In this document: positions 26,851 to 40,577 of the stretch, one piece after another
Layout: every line of letters begins with the position of its first letter
Position numbering within the stretch: the stretch's first letter is position 1
Assembly (NCBI GenBank): GCA_951406725.2
Contig: OX597816.1
Span: forward strand, 12,648,001 to 12,712,000
Length of the DNA stretch: 64,000 nucleotides
Source of the DNA: Octopus vulgaris
Lineage: Eukaryota
Reading direction: 5' to 3'
Translations under genes and position numbers: made by a program
Notes under the pieces: generated by a model
The model's database searches: none
What the model was told of the DNA's origin: nothing
What the model saw: the letters and a program-made list of their open reading frames with translations, nothing else

Positions 26851-27389
26851 AACCGTGAAATATAGAATAATTTTTTTCCCAGTTTATCGTACGGGAAAAA
26901 TTCACAACCTTCCGCGCAAATAATCTACTATTGTCCTTCAAAGTTGTTTTTTATGTTTACTATGGAATGTTTGAAGCTCACTTTCTTCCTACACCTCGAC
27001 ACTTTGCTCTTACATTTATATAATACCTCTCTGTTATAACGTAGATCCTCGTCCACTTGTATGTTATTTGTCAGTACTGTAATATTCTTATCGCCACTAT
27101 TATGTTGTGGCGGTATTCCTCGCCTTATTGTCGTTGACTCATCTATCCTGCTATTGCATGTAATATTCGGTTAGTTTCTTAACTCACTCAATCCTTTCAC
27201 CAGAATCTCCAGTGGTCTCCGTATAGTCTCAGAGTGCAAGGGCATCCCATGGAGAAGTGCCTTTCAGGAGTGACAGATCTCGCGAGTGATGGTGAGATCT
27301 GAGATGAGGTTTGGGACCTGGCACTTGACGGAGAAGACTCAGAGGCTGTGGCAGCCCCATATCCCGTGAATAGGGGTCTAAAGTACTAT

Positions 27390-27635
27390 CTAGCCAGCTA
27401 ACTAATTTTCTATATTATCAACTAATTGACTAATTATCTACCTCATTAACTAACTAATTAATAAACTAACTCCCTAATTAAGGAATTATCTAATTCATGA
27501 ACTTACTAACTATTCATCTAATTAATTAACTAATTACTTAACTAATTAATTAATAAACTAATTAAATCAAAATTAATTAACTAATTCACGAAGAAATTAA
27601 ATAATTAACTAAATCACTAACAAAATTACTAATTC
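27390..27635. repeat. Degenerate (CTAA/TTAA)n satellite
   Basis: Repeated taactaattaa motifs. Confidence 0.8.
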
Positions 27636-29128
27636 AACGATGAAGTGGGCTATGAGCATTTGAAAGAAAAAACTTATAAAATGGACAGGTATATATGCAT
27701 TCTGAAAATAGCAATATCCAACTTTTCAGCCATTGTCATCTACAGACGATTATCTCTATTTACTTCATGACATATTTACTTTTATCCTTAATAATTTTTC
27801 AAGAAATTGTGAGTTGGAAGAACTGTCGGAGCATCGGAAAAATACTTTGGATTTTTTCTTCCAGCCGTATACATTCTGGTTTCAAATCTTACCGAAGTCA
27901 CCATTTATCGTTTCAGGGTCGAAAAAAATATAATAACACTCATGGAGTGAGGTTGATGTAATCAATTAAATCCTTCCTCTTTCAGACCGTCTGCCTGTTT
28001 AAATCTCACCGAGGCAAACGTCACCTTGTCATAATTTCGTAGTCAATAAAATAAAATACTAGTCAGTGCTGGAATTTATGATCAGTACTGACCTATTTCC
28101 TTCAAATTTATTGGGTTTAAATCAGAAACAATTCTTGATAGTTTTGCAAGTGAATTAACCCACCACATACCTCGAGCATCTTAACTACTAAAAGTTTGTC
28201 TAATTTTAGCGAAAGACCAGCAATTTTGGGACAAGTTGATTACTTTGACCCTTGTACTTCACTCGTACTTTATAGATCCCGATCACAGCAGTAGGAAGGT
28301 CTCATATTCACATGCACATAGTCTTTCTTGTACATTTACATCATACAGCTAATGAAGTATCAACTCGTTTATGCTTAGCAAGACAACTACACAGCTTCGT
28401 TCCTGTTTTTCTTTCCTGTTTTCAAGAGGTGGTGCACAATATCATAGCCGTGTACATCGTACTGACTAATCCACTTCTGCCATTTTAAAGTATCCACGGC
28501 ACGCCTCGGCAGCATCATTAAACCTGATATTGCAGCTTATAACATTTATGTCATTTACAAACTTGTGCGGTTTTGTTTGTGTGGCCCAAATGAATAGCAG
28601 AAGTTATATCTTAATGAACCATGTTCACTCAAAATTTACATTTTGAACTTGAAATACCGATAAAGTCAATTAGTTTCCCAATTAGTTTTGGCAAATAAAT
28701 TTCAAGTGCAAATCGCGAAAGAGCGCCCTCTGCCTTCCTCTAGCATTTCTACTAATATCTATTTTTCACTATTACATGACAATACTGTCTTCCTCAAATT
28801 AGCACTTTCGTTGACCTCGATACCATATGACTGCAAAGGGAGCTTTTAACCACAAACCGTTGGCGAACGCTTTATTAATGCTGCTTTACTCAGGCGTACG
28901 TCACATGATGTTTTAATTGATTTTACGCAAGATAACCACCCAGCGTACAGAGGATACCGACTTCAAAGATTCCTTTCGACTCATGTGTGAGCACAGGTTT
29001 AAATGGAGATCTAAATAAATATCCTTTTCATGTCTCACTTGGTTGTACTCAAAGTGATGAGGCTTCTGATTGCTTCCTAAGTTTTAATGTAACAAGAAAT
29101 TTATTGTCATTAATATATATATATTAAC

Positions 29129-29580
29129 TTCGTCTGTCTTTTGAGTTCAAATTCCGCCGAGGTCGATTTTGCCTTTCATCCTTTCGGGGTTCGATAAATT
29201 AAGTACTATTTGCATACTGGGGTCGATCTAATTGACTAGTCCCTTCCCGCCCCCACCAAAATTTCGGGCCTTTTGCCTAGAGTAGAAAAGAATATATATA
29301 TATATATGTATATATATATGATTGACTGGCCAGTCACGTGATGATGATATATATTATTTACAAAGAAGGCGATGACCTGGTAGTATCACTATCCCACCGG
29401 CAAAACTGCTTAGAGACGTTTCGTCCGTGTTTATGTTCTGAGTTCAAAATTCCGACGAGGTCAGCCTCGCCTTTTATCCTTTGGAAGTCGATAAAATAAG
29501 TACCAATTATTCACTGGGTTCGATGTACCCGACTTACCCACACCCTCAAAGTTGCTGACCTTGTGCCGAAATTCGAAACC
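29129..29580 (+). mobile_element. Two SINE A copies (29129-29293 truncated; 29366-29580 diverged)
   Basis: Core and tail type 2 in both. Confidence 0.8.
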
Positions 29581-29702
29581 TATATATTTATCACGTCCTC
29601 GCGTTGTTGTGTTTTTGTGCTTTCTTGTTTGGATTAACTTTATATATATATATATATATATATATTATATTATCTATTTTTAGTATTTTTTTATTATTAT
29701 TA

Positions 29703-29770
<68 letters not shown>

Positions 29771-30539
29771 AGTAATTTTTATTAACTTTTATAGCTTTAG
29801 AATTTTATGAACTGTACCACGGATTTAATTATTATTTTTCATCTCCATATGTGTTAGCCCTTTTTTTATAGAAATAACTATTAGCCAAATATGTCATAAT
29901 ATCGGTACTTATTAATATTAATATATACCTCAAAGTTGCTGACCTTGTGCCGAAATTAAATGAGGTATGACTGAAACCTATATATTTATCACGTCCTCGC
30001 GTTGTTGTGTTTTTACTGATTTAAGTATGTTTCTCCATTCTCTAATTTTGTAGTTATATATATATATATATATATAAACAAGGAGGGTAGATCGTGCAAA
30101 TCTTTTTATTGCATGAATTTAGAAGTGTTTCACCGTCATTTCAACTCAAATGTTTCATATTCAATATTCTGACGAGTTGGCAGTCAGTTGTAACGAGATA
30201 ATGATATATCACGTATCTTTAGCTTTGTATGCGATACATCAACAAACTTGAGTACGAATGACGGTGAGGAAATTGCACATTTATGTAATATAACAATTTG
30301 CTCTATCGGCTATCCTTGTTGATAATTATATTAATTCAACAGATATCATGGAGTTCCGGAAATATGATCTGTAAAAATAGATCTCCGATTTATAGTCATA
30401 TCCGACAGCCTGTAGCCGTTAATGTGTTAAAAAGAGTGAATATCGAAATACACATGCATACATGCATTTATATATCTGTACATATTTAATATATATGTAT
30501 GTATGTCTCTCCTCTCTGTCCCTATCTATCTATATCTAT

Positions 30540-30628
<89 letters not shown>

Positions 30629-30647
30629 GATATCAATCTATCTATCT

Positions 30648-30695
<48 letters not shown>

Positions 30696-31173
30696 ATCTA
30701 TCTATCTATCTACCTATTTATTTATATTTACGTAACTCTGGATATGTTCAAAGAGAATAATATTCCATAGGGTCACCAATATGCTATCTAAACAGTGGTA
30801 TTATAAATTTACATCATACTTCAAAAATAACAATATGATGGGGATAAAAACAAAATATAGAAATTCATCTTCAACTTTCAAAGGTGTGAGCATGTGATAT
30901 TCGAATATAGGTTATCATAGTGTAATACAATTCTTCTTTTAGTAGGGTGTTATATGTAATCAATGAGACTAATTAATCACGTCAGAAGTTACCACCTACA
31001 TCTGCATAGCAGTTAAATCTGCATGCTAGTTAGATCTTTATGCTATATTTCTTAGAGTTTAAAACAGTACAATATGAATATGGATAACTACAGTAGGCAT
31101 TAAAAATAGAATAAAAGTCACGCCCACACAGAGAAAAAGAAAACCCGACTAGCTTTAATGGACAGAGTCAAGA

Positions 31174-31210
31174 CTATTGAAAAGGTTGCAAGATGCAACG
31201 AAAATTTTAG
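31174..31210 (+). ncRNA. Minimal hammerhead variant with a U3-A8 core
   Basis: cta TTGAAAA G GTTGC aagat GCAAC GAAA AT TT tag. Confidence 0.5.
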
Positions 31211-32343
31211 GAAAATAAAAATAAGAAATCAGTGGATTTTTTTTACCGGGGAGTGTGTTACATTATAAGGCACAAAAAGTAAATGACTCTCCCCAGACAT
31301 AACACAACTAGCTTCACTTAAACATTTATTATTTGGTGTCAAAATCTTCGTCTCACCGAATGCAAAATGGTCACAGACTCGTTTGCGCTGCGTATTTGAA
31401 ACCAGGACCAGGTCCTGGTGAAGTTAACAGCTTTGTGTGTTTTTAAACGGCGACTATGTGTTTTCCTTACCGGAATTATTTTAGCTTCAATACACGCATT
31501 CAGATCAAAACATTTGCCTGGCAAGAACATCTCCCGTACAATGAGTACATTTGATAGAATAACTTTTATTTATGTTCATAACAAATTTTGTGGTCATTTA
31601 TTTTCAATAGCTAAATATTCCAGAGAAATTTTCTCTCTATTCATTCTATTGAAGAAGCAATATTTTGCAACTTTTAAAAGATCCTAGCATTAAGATAAGA
31701 GCTCATGAAACCAAACTTCATCGTCATTCATAAGACAAGTCTTGTGATATTTAATAGTTAGGTTAGAATTGATGTACATAATACAAGAAACATCCACAAA
31801 CTATCTATAAATATTAATGTAATGAAAGCGTATAACATTATATTGATATCTTGACAAGTTTTAGAGTAGCGTTCCTTTTCAACTATACTCTACTCGACCA
31901 AGAATTTTCTGTTTCTAATATTCTTTACCTGACTGTGAAGACAATATTAACTAACGTAGCCATACCTGTGGCCTACGTGTTGCTGTGTATTGATTCAGTC
32001 GAAGCCCTATAACCAAACTTTATATATATACAGGGAGAGTTTACGAAAGAAACAAAAGACGAAGACAGGTTGTGTAGACAACAAACAGATGTATTAGTAT
32101 AACAGAAAGGGACACAGAAAAAACAAGGAGAGAAAATAATGTGTGTTGTGGCTAACGAGCTATCATGGCACTGATTCGGACAGAAGGGTCACACACGACA
32201 GGGAAAGTAGGAGAGGGAGATGTACTTGCATAGCAAGTGACCTGATCTGAGATCGTGTGCTGGAACAAAAACAATTGCTGCGGAGATGTTTATAAGCCAT
32301 TTGAGAAACATACAAAAACCGTTAGATTCACTGCAACATTTAA

Positions 32344-32462
32344 ATTTAATTTTCCAAAATATTTTCGTCGCTTTGAAACCGCGACCTGTTCACTCAGCTC
32401 GGAATTTTGTCAGTGATCAGGTCGCGGTCTCAAAGCGACGAAATTATTTTGGCAAATTAAAT
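32344..32462. ncRNA. Inverted pair of hammerhead variants with a G3-C8 core
   Basis: + strand: ttgtca GTGATCA G GTCGC ggtctcaaa GCGAC GAAA ttat TT tggcaa; - strand: GTGAACA G GTCGC ggtttcaaa GCGAC GAAA ATAT TT tgg. Confidence 0.6.
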
Positions 32463-32467
32463 CCTCC

Positions 32468-32501
<34 letters not shown>

Positions 32502-32507
32502 ATAATC

Positions 32508-32708
32508 TGTAGTGTCTAGGGAGAGTCATTCTCTTTTAGTGCCTTGTAATTTAACAGACCGGTTAAATTTACACTTATTTCTTCTTTAGTCTTCTAAAAT
32601 TTTCGTTGCATCTTCCAACGAAATTAAAAATAAATAAGTGTAAAGTTTACCAGTGAGTGTGTTAAATTATAAGGCACTAAAAGAGAATGACTCTCCCCAG
32701 ACACAACA
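32508..32708. repeat. Fold-back element of the same family as 31150-31320
   Basis: ggagagtcattctcttttagtgcctt / aaggcactaaaagagaatgactctcc; centre ttttcgttgcatcttccaacgaaa. Confidence 0.85.
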
Positions 32709-32765
32709 TAATATGTTTCAACACACGAACTCACATAAAGATCTTGCAAACCAAATCCCAAAACA

Positions 32766-32811
<46 letters not shown>

Positions 32812-32856
32812 ATATGTATGTATGTATGTATGTATGTTGTATTTATATACACACGC

Positions 32857-32889
<33 letters not shown>

Positions 32890-32894
<5 letters not shown>

Positions 32895-33470
32895 TTATGT
32901 CTGTTTGTCTCCCACCACTGCTTGACAGCCAGTGTTGGTGTTCTTATATCGCCGTAAGTTAACACTTCGGCAAAAGACACTGATAGAATAAGTACCAGGC
33001 TTTTAACAAATAAATACCGGGATGGATGGAGCGAATCGTTCAAGTAACAATTCTTCGACGCGTTGTCCCAGCATGGCCATAATTTCATGACTGAAACAAG
33101 TAAAGATTTAATGATGGCTGTGTGATAAGTAGCTTGCTTACCAACCACATGGTTTCCGGTTCAGTCCCACTGCGTGGCACCTTGGGCAAGTGTCTTCTAC
33201 TATAGCTTCGGGCCGACCAAAGCTTCGTGAGTGGATTTGGTAGACGGAAACTGAAAGAAGCCCGTCGTATGCATATATGTATATGTATGCATTTGTGTGT
33301 ATGTGTTTGCCTCCCCCCTCACCATCGCTTGACAACCGATGCTGGTGTGTTTACGTCCCCGTAACTAAACGGTTCGGCAAAAGAGACCGATGGAATAAGT
33401 ACTGGGCTTAAACAGAATAAGCGGTGCTCCAGCATGGCTGCAGTCAAATGACTATAACAAATAAAAGAAT
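32890..33470 (+). mobile_element. SINE B 3' half followed by a near-complete SINE B
   Basis: Family consensus. Confidence 0.85.
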
Positions 33471-33804
33471 GAACGCAAATATACCAATATATATGTGTAT
33501 GTGTGTGCTTGTGTGTGTGTGTATGCTTGTGTGTGTGTGTGTGTATTGTTTCTGTTTTGTATAGAACGTAAGATACAAGTAGTGTAGAGAGATGAAATGG
33601 TTCTTTACAACATATGCACAGTTCAAGATAAAATGAAAGAAGAGATGGGAACTCTTTTGCTCGGATGTGAGATGAGAGTGAAAGAATTGGCTCTTATTTT
33701 TCTTTTAGGTTATCTACGAAATTTTGCTTCTAGCTATCTTAAAGAAAATATAATATAGATCGCCCACACACACACACACACACCCAGTGGCAAACCTACA
33801 AGCA

Positions 33805-33923
33805 TCTTTATCATCATCATGATCATCATGATCATCATCCTCATCACCATCATCATCTTCATCATCATCATCAGCACCATCCTGCACCACCATCCTTCTC
33901 GTCTTCTTACCCACACTTCTCCT

Positions 33924-33954
<31 letters not shown>

Positions 33955-34002
33955 ATCATCATCACCGTCATTACCACTACTAGCACTACCACCACCACCA
34001 TC

Positions 34003-34039
<37 letters not shown>

Positions 34040-34260
34040 ACACCACCACCATCATCATCATCATCATCAACACCATCACCATCACCATCATCACCATCAT
34101 CATCATCACCATCATCATCATCAGCAGCAGCAGCAGGAGCAATCTCAGCGTATTTTATTCACTGCCATTATAATCCGATCCACCACCAACAACACTACTA
34201 TGACCACCACCGCAATCACTTCCTGCCCTAACACCATCATCATTATCATCATCATTGTTA
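33805..34260. repeat. (CAT)n/(CCT)n/(CAC)n compound microsatellite
   Basis: Visible directly. Confidence 0.9.
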
Positions 34261-34387
34261 ATAACACTACCACAAGAAAAACAATATTCGATTCGTTGTA
34301 TTTCAATTAAGAGCGTCAGACACTTTCGTTAAACACTGTATGTGTTAACCTGTGTATTTCTCTTTTCATTGCATAATATATATATTT

Positions 34388-34744
34388 AGGCACCGGAGTG
34401 GCTGTGTGGTAAGTAGCTTGCTTATCAACCACATAATTCCGGGTTCAGTCCCACTGCGTGGCACCTTGGCTAAAGTGACTTCCACTATAGCCTCAGGCCA
34501 ACCAAAGCCTTGCGGGTGGATTTGGTAGACGGATACTGAAAGAAGCCCGTCGTATATACATATATATATGTATGTGTGTGGGGGTGTATGTGCTTGTGAC
34601 CCCCACCATTAATTGATAACAGATGTTCGTGTGTTTACGTCCCCGTAACTTAGCGGCAGGGGAAAAAAGACAGATGGAATAAGTACTAGGCTTACAAAGA
34701 TAAAGTCCTGAAAAACTGAAACAAATAAAAGAATATAAGAATAA
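34388..34744 (+). mobile_element. SINE B with a 3' internal deletion
   Basis: Family consensus. Confidence 0.85.
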
Positions 34745-34803
34745 AATAATCTTTCTGGCTCTCTCTCTCTCTCTCTATCGGTCGATCTATCTATCCTCCC
34801 CCA

Positions 34804-34838
<35 letters not shown>

Positions 34839-34840
34839 AT

Positions 34841-34939
<99 letters not shown>

Positions 34940-35360
34940 TGTATGTATATATATGCATGAGTGTGTATGTGCGTGTGCGAGTGTCTATGCATATATATAT
35001 ATATACATGAATACCTGAAATATTTTCTCACTATTCATCTCGATACATATATGTAAAATTAAAATACAAACTATACGCTTTTGTGCACGCCTGTATATGA
35101 TTCATTGTATATAACTGTACATAGACATATGTATGTTAATGTATGTATATAAAATATATGTAAATTATTTAATATATGTAGACACACACACACACACATA
35201 CATACACACACACACACACACGCACACACACACTCATATGACCCTTAGCGGTAGACTTTTATATATTTCTGAATAATATTATAATTGTTGATGAATTGTT
35301 TTTTCCTAGGTATTGTTTATCTACGATGGTGGCTTCTTTGAACTTTGTTTATAACTGTTA

Positions 35361-35429
<69 letters not shown>

Positions 35430-36047
35430 CATCGTCATCATCATTACTGTTTTTGTTTTCATTTTGACTTCGAATTATCAGATGTTAAAAGGGAATTGAA
35501 AAACAAAGCAAGCCACAAAAGAAACAAAGTTGATAGACATAACAACTTAGCTTAGAAATTTTATTTTGTTTTGAATTTCATTAACGTTCTTTTCATATCA
35601 CACGGTCCTCAGAATATTTTGTTGAAGATTTTGTTTTAGAAAACAAGAAATTAAAATAGATTGTTGTCACAATATATGTTCATTTCTCTGCCATTGTCTC
35701 AACTCATTGTTAGTTGTTTTGTGTTTCGAAAGACTCGGCCGCTTACGAAGTGACCTCAGTCGCAATTTCCTATCATGTCTATTAATATACTTTCTACAAA
35801 GTAATGAATACACCTTCATAGTACTTATCTTTTTATACATCATCTGTATTATTCTCCAGCCAGTACTTGACTGGCTCTTTTAGTTTATGGACGCCGAATG
35901 ATGAACGAAAAGCAAAAGCAAAATTCAGTACAATTCAGTTTGAACATAGAACGTCCAAATCGTACCGATGTGTATTAGATAAAAACGCAAGAATGTTTCT
36001 TGCGACACACGAATTCACATCAAGAGTCTTGCAAACCTAATACGGAT

Positions 36048-36274
36048 GGAAGCGCATTTCTTAGTGGTTAGGGTGTCAGCATAATGATCGTAAGACTGTG
36101 GTTTCGATTCCTGGACCGGGCGACGCGTTGTGTTCTTGAGCAAAACACTTCATTTCACGTTGCTCCAGTCCACTCAGCTGGCAAAAATGAGTAACGCTGC
36201 GATGGACTGGTGTCCCGTCTAGCTGGGGAACACATACGCCATAGAAACCGGCTAGGCTTTTAAAGGGCGCATTT
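36048..36274 (+). mobile_element. SINE family C
   Basis: tRNA-like head; matches 57672-57925 in reverse. Confidence 0.85.
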
Positions 36275-36283
36275 GTTATTTAT

Positions 36284-36361
<78 letters not shown>

Positions 36362-37214
36362 CTTATGTGCACTCATACCCACACATGTATGCACCATCGC
36401 AATGTTGTTGATTAGATGGAGGCAGTTCTGCTTTGAAATGGTAACTGGTCTACCTATTCTAAGATTTGTTTCGATTTGTGACGGTATTTGTTTCGTTAGG
36501 AACTTGGTGTGACAGTTTAATAAGTGTATTGCAAATTTACATTTTTAAACCCAGTCCTGTGTTATGATAATAAATATAAGCTAGGAACTAAGTCCCTACA
36601 GTGTGTACATTAGGAATAGAAAAATTATAAGTAGAACATTAACTATATTCAGTCATTTTATTTTCTTTCAGACATACAACAGAGAGGTTTGTGTGTTAGT
36701 CATCACCTTTTGACTGCAGAAAAAGACGACCAGAATAATTTCGCTTCTCCCATTGTAGGTTTAGTAGTTAATTGTGGTCCTGAGGTCTGCTGGATATGAT
36801 ATCATTAGATGGGGTTTTGAACTCAAAATAAAGCAGGTAAAATAGTCACTGCAAGACTCGCTGGTGCTCAAACAACTCCCCTATTCTACCAAACCACCGA
36901 CCTGAAATTGTATTTATTATGAAAGGATAAAAGGTTAAGTCCTTCGGGGTATTTGGAAATGGACAGTAGAGATATATGACAAATACTGCTAACCATCATT
37001 CTTATCATCATACCCTAGGCATTACTTTCCCGTGTCTTGGGTCTCAAAGGGCCATTACCTGGTTTCTGCTGTGTGCAAAAGACCAAGATCACAGAATTCG
37101 TCATCAGTGCGTTGCAGGGCTTCTCATTTACAGCTGAAAAGACTAGAGAGAAATGAGATGAAGTGATTTTTTCAAGCACACAACGTACAACTCGATCTGG
37201 AATTCTGTTTCATA

Positions 37215-37447
37215 ATTATCTACAAGGGGCTAAACATAGAGGGAGGACAAACAAGGACAGACAAGCAGATTAAGTCGATTAGATCGACCCCAGTGCGTAA
37301 CTGGTACTTAATTTATCGACCCCGAAAGGATGAAAGGCAAAGTCGACCTCGGCGGAATTTGAACTAAAAACGTAGCGACGGGCGAAAAACCGCGAAATAC
37401 CGCGAAGCACTTCGTCTGGCGTGCTAACGTCTCTGCCAGGTCGCCGA
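37215..37447 (-). mobile_element. SINE A nested in an old C/D-like SINE
   Basis: Family consensus; flanks resemble a C/D body (37120-37200) and head (37455-37520). Confidence 0.8.
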
Positions 37448-38739
37448 TCGTACAACATGATCTGGAATTCGAAGCCACGAACTTGCGATTGAGAATGCAA
37501 CACAGTAACCTCTATGCAACCCCAAAATATTACCAGTTTGTCTGGTGAGAAATTAAGTTGTGCGGTCAACGTCATGGCTATTATTTCTTCTTTGCCAATA
37601 AAATTGAAGTTTGTGTGTTGCATGCAAATATTTCTTTCGCTAATCTTTTCAATTTCAAACATACACTGTACAAGTGAATTGTAAAACCATTTTTTCCTTA
37701 CTAGGATTCGGAGAATGTCAGAAAGTATTTATAAGAAATTTTTAGCAATGGACAAAAAAAGTAACAAAAAATGTTACTGAATTCAAAGAAGGCGATAGTA
37801 AAAACAATAAAATGTTCATGTTTGTGGTCTTAAATGGATATTTCTCAAACTATATTGGTAATAAATGTTGCCATAACAGAGAAAACATAAATTTCAAACT
37901 AACATTTTCCTTTCTTCTTCTCCCTTGTAACAAGCTTTTAACAGTCTAATATGAGAACAATTAAACTCAATCAAACTTCCATCTGACATTTTCAAGACCA
38001 GACATAATACTGTGTAATGCCACAAGAATATAATTGGAAATTCCTGAGAACGAAAAGTAAAAAAAAAACACAAAACAAAACATATCGAAATGTAAAAGGA
38101 AAAAAAAAACTGCGAAAAATAATCCAGCAACTGTTTTGTTTTCTCTTTGCAGATTGAATGCAAAGAATAAAGAATAAAGAATAAAGAATAAAAGCCAGTA
38201 TATCAAGAAAACCTAATCTATCACATGTAGTGAGAACAACTTGTTATGTCTATCTGTACTCCAATCATGTTTTGCTATTGGATTGTGGATAAAAGATATT
38301 GTCTAAAGAGAATTAATCATTGTCTAGCCGGAGTGTTAATGGCATTTCTTCACGGAATCGCCATGCTTCATATTTCAACTAATACCAACTTAGTGTGAAT
38401 TTCTTCATGACTACAAATTTGCTATAAACTGCAGACAACCTATTATCGAAATGTATGAAGAAATAGCAGGAAAACACACTAGAGTGCGTTTGGGAAAACA
38501 GAATCTTTTTTTATCAGCTGTAGCTGATAAAAAAAGTCTTTCCAAACATATTATGTGAAGGTTTTTTGAGAAAAAAAATCTTTTTGTTTGAATGCGTCTT
38601 GCTTTTTTTCCCCCAATGATTTTATCATGCTACATCTTAAAAACAACTGTTGGACGTTTGTATATGTTCCTATATTATATCATGTAATCACAGAGTTCAA
38701 GCCCCGAGAAGGGGCTTTAGAAGAATACCTCCTACGTAT

Positions 38740-38810
<71 letters not shown>

Positions 38811-39039
38811 TGTGTGTGTCTGTTTCCCCGCCACAATCGCTCGACAACCGATGTCGGTGTGTTCACGATCCGTAACTTAGCGGTTCGGTAATAGAAACCG
38901 AAAGAATAAGTACTACGTAATCTCTGCTTGCTGTAAAAAGGGACTGAAAGAGGAACCACAATAGCGACAGGGAGCTGGATGCTGTTTGAGTATTATCAAC
39001 GGGGTTCGTTTCAAACTGCATATCCCCAAGGACGTTGCT

Positions 39040-39300
39040 GTGTTAGGGTGAATTTAGGCCGTTTTTAAATACGCCTAGTCATGCCCTTCATCGGGTAGTA
39101 GCGGTGCCATACAGATGTCCCGGATGATTCTTGAGTGATGGACCACGGCAGACCTTGATTAAGTGGCGGACTTTCTGGTAACCCTAAATGCGGCCGTCAT
39201 GCTGAGGTGAGGAAGACAAATGGAAACCACTTCATTAATTCACTATTGCCAAGGACAGTCCTGGACATTCGCAAATCATGACGTGTAGGGACAACGTATT
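39040..39300 (+). mobile_element. RTE-related fragment
   Basis: gaggaagacaaatggaaaccacttc...ttgccaaggacagtcctggac resembles the RTE/BovB-type terminal motif, from memory. Confidence 0.45.
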
Positions 39301-39312
39301 TCTACCTGTCTG

Positions 39313-39369
<57 letters not shown>

Positions 39370-39614
39370 ACTCACACACCGTATTTCCTTATACAACCAT
39401 AATATATTACAAAGTATATTGAACATCTTACATGTCAATATTGTACATTTAACCACTACGCCAAATGCCCACAGGCATATGGCGTAGTGGTTAAGATGTA
39501 AATAATGCAAATAATGTACATAATTCCTCATCTCTTAAGTATAGAATTGTATTATCTAAGTCAATATTGTGTTTTATTATTTTAACAGTGATATTACATC
39601 ATTTGTTAAGATTT

Positions 39615-39930
39615 CTCTTTTATTTGTTTCAGTCATTTGAGTGCGGCAATGCTGGAGCACCGCCTTTAGTCGAACTAGTCAACCCTAGGACTTATTCCTT
39701 GAAAGCCTAGTACTTATTCTATGTTTCTATGCCGAACTGCTAAGTTACGGGTCGTGAACATGCCTACATCGGTTGTGGAGCGATGGTGGTAGGGGGAAAC
39801 AGATACGCACTCATACACACACACACACATATACATATACGACGAGCTTCTGTCAGTTTCCGTCTACCAAAACCACTCACAAGTCTATGGTCGGCCCGAC
39901 TATAGTAGAAAGTGCCACGCAGTGGGATGT
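39615..39930 (-). mobile_element. SINE B, 5'-degraded
   Basis: Family consensus in reverse. Confidence 0.8.
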
Positions 39931-40432
39931 CTAACATTCTGGACACAACACCTAAAGCAAAGAAATACCTTATAGTTAAATGACCCGTCATCTCAGTTCT
40001 CAAAACTGTAATCCGAATGACAACTGCATAGATTGATGTAGAGTTACCATTTGGCCTCAGGCAAACTTTTATAAACTCTTTTAGAATTTATATCTATTTT
40101 AGAAGAATTCCACTTCCGTTAGCAGGCATTTCTTTTCTCTCTCTTCCCTCTCTCATTCATTTCAACCCATTCGTTATTTCTTTTGGTATTCATGGTTCTC
40201 TTGACGTATGTGCATGTCTTTTAAGCTGGTGTTAAGCATACAAAGTAACAATAACCAATAGAGTGTGACTGAGGGTAGAAATTGAACAAATGGAACAGAT
40301 TCATTTTATACGAATGATTGCGATTCTGTATTATATATATATATATGTATATATATATATACCGGAGTAAACACATAAATGTGAAACAAGGTGGAAAAAA
40401 GAGTACTCAAATACCAGAGGTAGAGTAATATG

Positions 40433-40577
40433 CTTTATTTAAAGCAGCAGAAAATTCAACAAAACATAACTCTGAGTTTCACGTTCCCGTTCGTCGGACA
40501 GCAAAAACTGTCCGACGAACGGGAACGTGAAACTCAGAGTAACAGGTTTTGTTGAATTTTCTGCTGCTTTAAATAAA

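Noticed and set aside
36672-36686. 15-nt plus-strand micro-exon
   Set aside because: Only splice-like dinucleotides, with no supporting neighbouring exons
37050-37112. CTGATGA...GAAACCAGGTA on the minus strand
   Set aside because: No stem I; lies in a decayed SINE body
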